This document shows positions 62,517-64,000 of a DNA stretch of 64,000 nt, one piece after another; the first letter of the stretch is position 1, and each line of letters begins with the position of its first letter. The notes under the pieces are model-generated. The model had not been told where the DNA came from, searched no databases, and worked only from the letters and a program-made list of their open reading frames with translations. The position numbers and the translations under genes were made by a program. The stretch is from Pyrobaculum sp. (lineage in GTDB: Archaea > Thermoproteota > Thermoprotei > Thermoproteales > Thermoproteaceae). The stretch covers positions 8,115 to 72,114 of the forward strand of contig DAITPC010000002.1 in assembly GCA_036833835.1 (NCBI GenBank), in the 5' to 3' direction.

Positions 62517-64000
62517 ATGCATATGAAACGTGAAATAACCGCCCTCGCGTTGGCTTCTGTAGCCCTTCTCATCCTACTCAACGTAACCCCCGAGTCTCCC
62601 CACGCCGAGCCGCCCGTTGTAGAAACCCCCGCGTTACCTGTTGTAAAGCTGTCAGAACTTGACCAGCTCCTCCAGACAACCCAAGCGTTTTTAACAAAGA
62701 CGATTACCCCCCTAGCGCAACCAACGTCTTGGGACGCCCGGATGGCAACGGCGGCTAACGTGCAGGTGGTTGGCGTCGACGAGGAAGATTACGTGAAGTT
62801 CGATGGAGAGAACTTATACGTGGCAACCGGCGGGAAGATCTATGTCGTCGACTCAAACCTCAACGTCAAGGCCTCCGCGCCGTGTCCCGCCTACGACTGC
62901 GTAGTCTTCGTGTGGGGCGACTCCTTGCTTGTATACGGCGTTAAAGAGTTTGGGCTTGTATCGGCGTATCTCTACCGGCTCCCGCGCCTCGTCAAGACAG
63001 CGGAGTTCAACTTCTCCGGCTCCCCCCTGGGGGCTCGGATGACAAACGGCGTTGTGTACATCGTAGCCACGGCGCCTCCTCGAGACGTAATTATCAACGG
63101 CGTTGAGGTGGCCGAGGCGCCGGTGTTGTCCATAGACGTGCCTCCCTCAGTCCTAGTGGTCGCCGCCGTGGATATGAAAACCGCCAAGTTCAACGCGTCG
63201 GTGTTCGTGTCTAGCCACGCCTCGCGAATCTACATGAGGAACAACAGTCTCTACATCGCAACGGCTCTTGGCACGCCGCAGATGTTATACAAAGCCGCGG
63301 TTAAGACCTGGGAGAAGCTCCCGCCGGAGACCAGGGCGAAGCTAGACCCCACAAACCCGTGGACTTTCTACAAATCGCTGACCTCTCTCCCAAGAGAGGA
63401 GGTGGAGGAGGTACTAGAGGTGTTAAACAGCGCCGAGGTGACCACCGCCACGAACATTTACATATTCAGCGTAGATGGGGTCGACATAAGGCTTAAGACA
63501 GTTGTGGAGGTCCCCGGAAAAATTCTCGACCAATACGCCATGGAGGAGCTTGACGAGTATCTACTAGTAGCCACCACAGTAAGCAACGTCAAATTCCAAA
63601 CCTCCCGCATCTTCATCCCGCCCCCCGCGGTGGATATAGTAATATCGCAAGACAACAAACCTGTAATAACCATAAGACCCCCGCCGCCCCCCGCCCCACC
63701 GCCTGTGGTATATCCTTTGGAAGGCGAGCCGCGTAACGCCGTCTACCTGCTCGACGCCGGGGGGAGGATCGTCGGCGTCTTGGAAGGCTTGGCGCCAGGC
63801 GAGAGGATCTACGCGGCGCGGCTCGTGGGGAGGACGCTCTACCTAGTCACGTTTAGACAGGTAGACCCGCTCTACGCCATAGATCTCACAAACCCCACGC
63901 AACCCAGGGTGCTGGGCTTCCTCAAAACACCCGGCTTCTCTGAGTACCTCCACCCGGTAGGCGACGGGAAGCTACTAGGCGTCGGCCTCTACGAGAGGGG
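62517..64000 (+). CDS. secreted beta-propeller domain protein (COG4880 / Beta_propel type), 3'-truncated by the window end
   Basis: The open frame runs from ATG 62517 (or 62523) to the window edge and is not in the ORF track because it has no stop. It has a signal anchor (ITALALASVALLILL). The segment GERIYAARLVGRTLYLVTFRQVDPLYAIDLTNPTQPRVLGFLKTPGFSEYLHPVGDGKLLGVG matches the family hallmark. Confidence 0.7.
   Translation, partial: MHMKREITALALASVALLILLNVTPESPHAEPPVVETPALPVVKLSELDQLLQTTQAFLTKTITPLAQPTSWDARMATAANVQVVGVDEEDYVKFDGENLYVATGGKIYVVDSNLNVKASAPCPAYDCVVFVWGDSLLVYGVKEFGLVSAYLYRLPRLVKTAEFNFSGSPLGARMTNGVVYIVATAPPRDVIINGVEVAEAPVLSIDVPPSVLVVAAVDMKTAKFNASVFVSSHASRIYMRNNSLYIATALGTPQMLYKAAVKTWEKLPPETRAKLDPTNPWTFYKSLTSLPREEVEEVLEVLNSAEVTTATNIYIFSVDGVDIRLKTVVEVPGKILDQYAMEELDEYLLVATTVSNVKFQTSRIFIPPPAVDIVISQDNKPVITIRPPPPPAPPPVVYPLEGEPRNAVYLLDAGGRIVGVLEGLAPGERIYAARLVGRTLYLVTFRQVDPLYAIDLTNPTQPRVLGFLKTPGFSEYLHPVGDGKLLGVGLYER

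Noticed and set aside
1-64000. CRISPR arrays, IS elements, integrases and provirus blocks.
   Set aside because: I saw no regularly spaced 24-37-nt repeats, no transposase or integrase motifs, and no terminal inverted repeats flanking a gene block. The AT-rich island at 46.6 kb has no mobile-element gene, so it is not called mobile.

Overview
This is a GC-rich, densely coding 64-kb chromosomal segment. Its gene content points to a hyperthermophilic crenarchaeon of the Thermoproteales (Pyrobaculum/Thermoproteus-like); this is inferred from content only, since no search was possible. Supporting genes are archaeal EF-2, archaeal-type Thi4, a ThiD-ThiN fusion, a QueF-like archaeosine-type T-fold protein, DsrC/DsrK/DsrM-like genes and a CC1-like 6-kDa basic protein. 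Many start codons (often GTG/TTG) lie about 25 nt downstream of an A/T-rich TATA-like box, which is a leaderless layout.

Core content:
- Thiamine biosynthesis and salvage: thi4, two tenA-like genes, thiDN, MFS transporters and a ThiB/P/Q-like ABC importer.
- Metal handling: feoB, a copA plus YHS/TRASH chaperone pair, and a BtuFCD-like importer.
- Other metabolism and repair: panD, NAD kinase, Nnr, dihydroorotase, acyl-CoA dehydrogenase, a GH13 amylase-family enzyme, an M16 peptidase and a KaiC-like ATPase.
- An ABC-2 exporter, a HEPN-MNT pair, and many signal-peptide or TM-anchored orphan proteins.

I found no rRNA, tRNA, CRISPR array, transposase or integrase.

Most notable observations:
1. 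A cysteine-free TGT-fold protein lies on the same strand as a C/D-box sRNA candidate and a Trm112-like gene.
2. Two intergenic loci have near-textbook C/D-box sRNA architecture.
3. About a dozen accessory or envelope genes are broken by in-frame stops or by frameshifts at simple-sequence tracts ((TA)5, G6, G11), while housekeeping genes are intact. One membrane-protein gene has a single amber codon as its only lesion.
4. A NAD kinase with a degenerate GGDG motif is fused to a winged helix.
5. A DsrC/DsrK/DsrM-like module has no DsrAB nearby, and its DsrC has a C-terminal extension.
6. A 27-bp perfect palindrome overlies a gene start next to a shared TATA box.
7. A leaderless 19-codon K/E-rich micro-ORF lies beside the cop operon.

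All family calls rest on motifs read by eye from the translations. None were verified by search.
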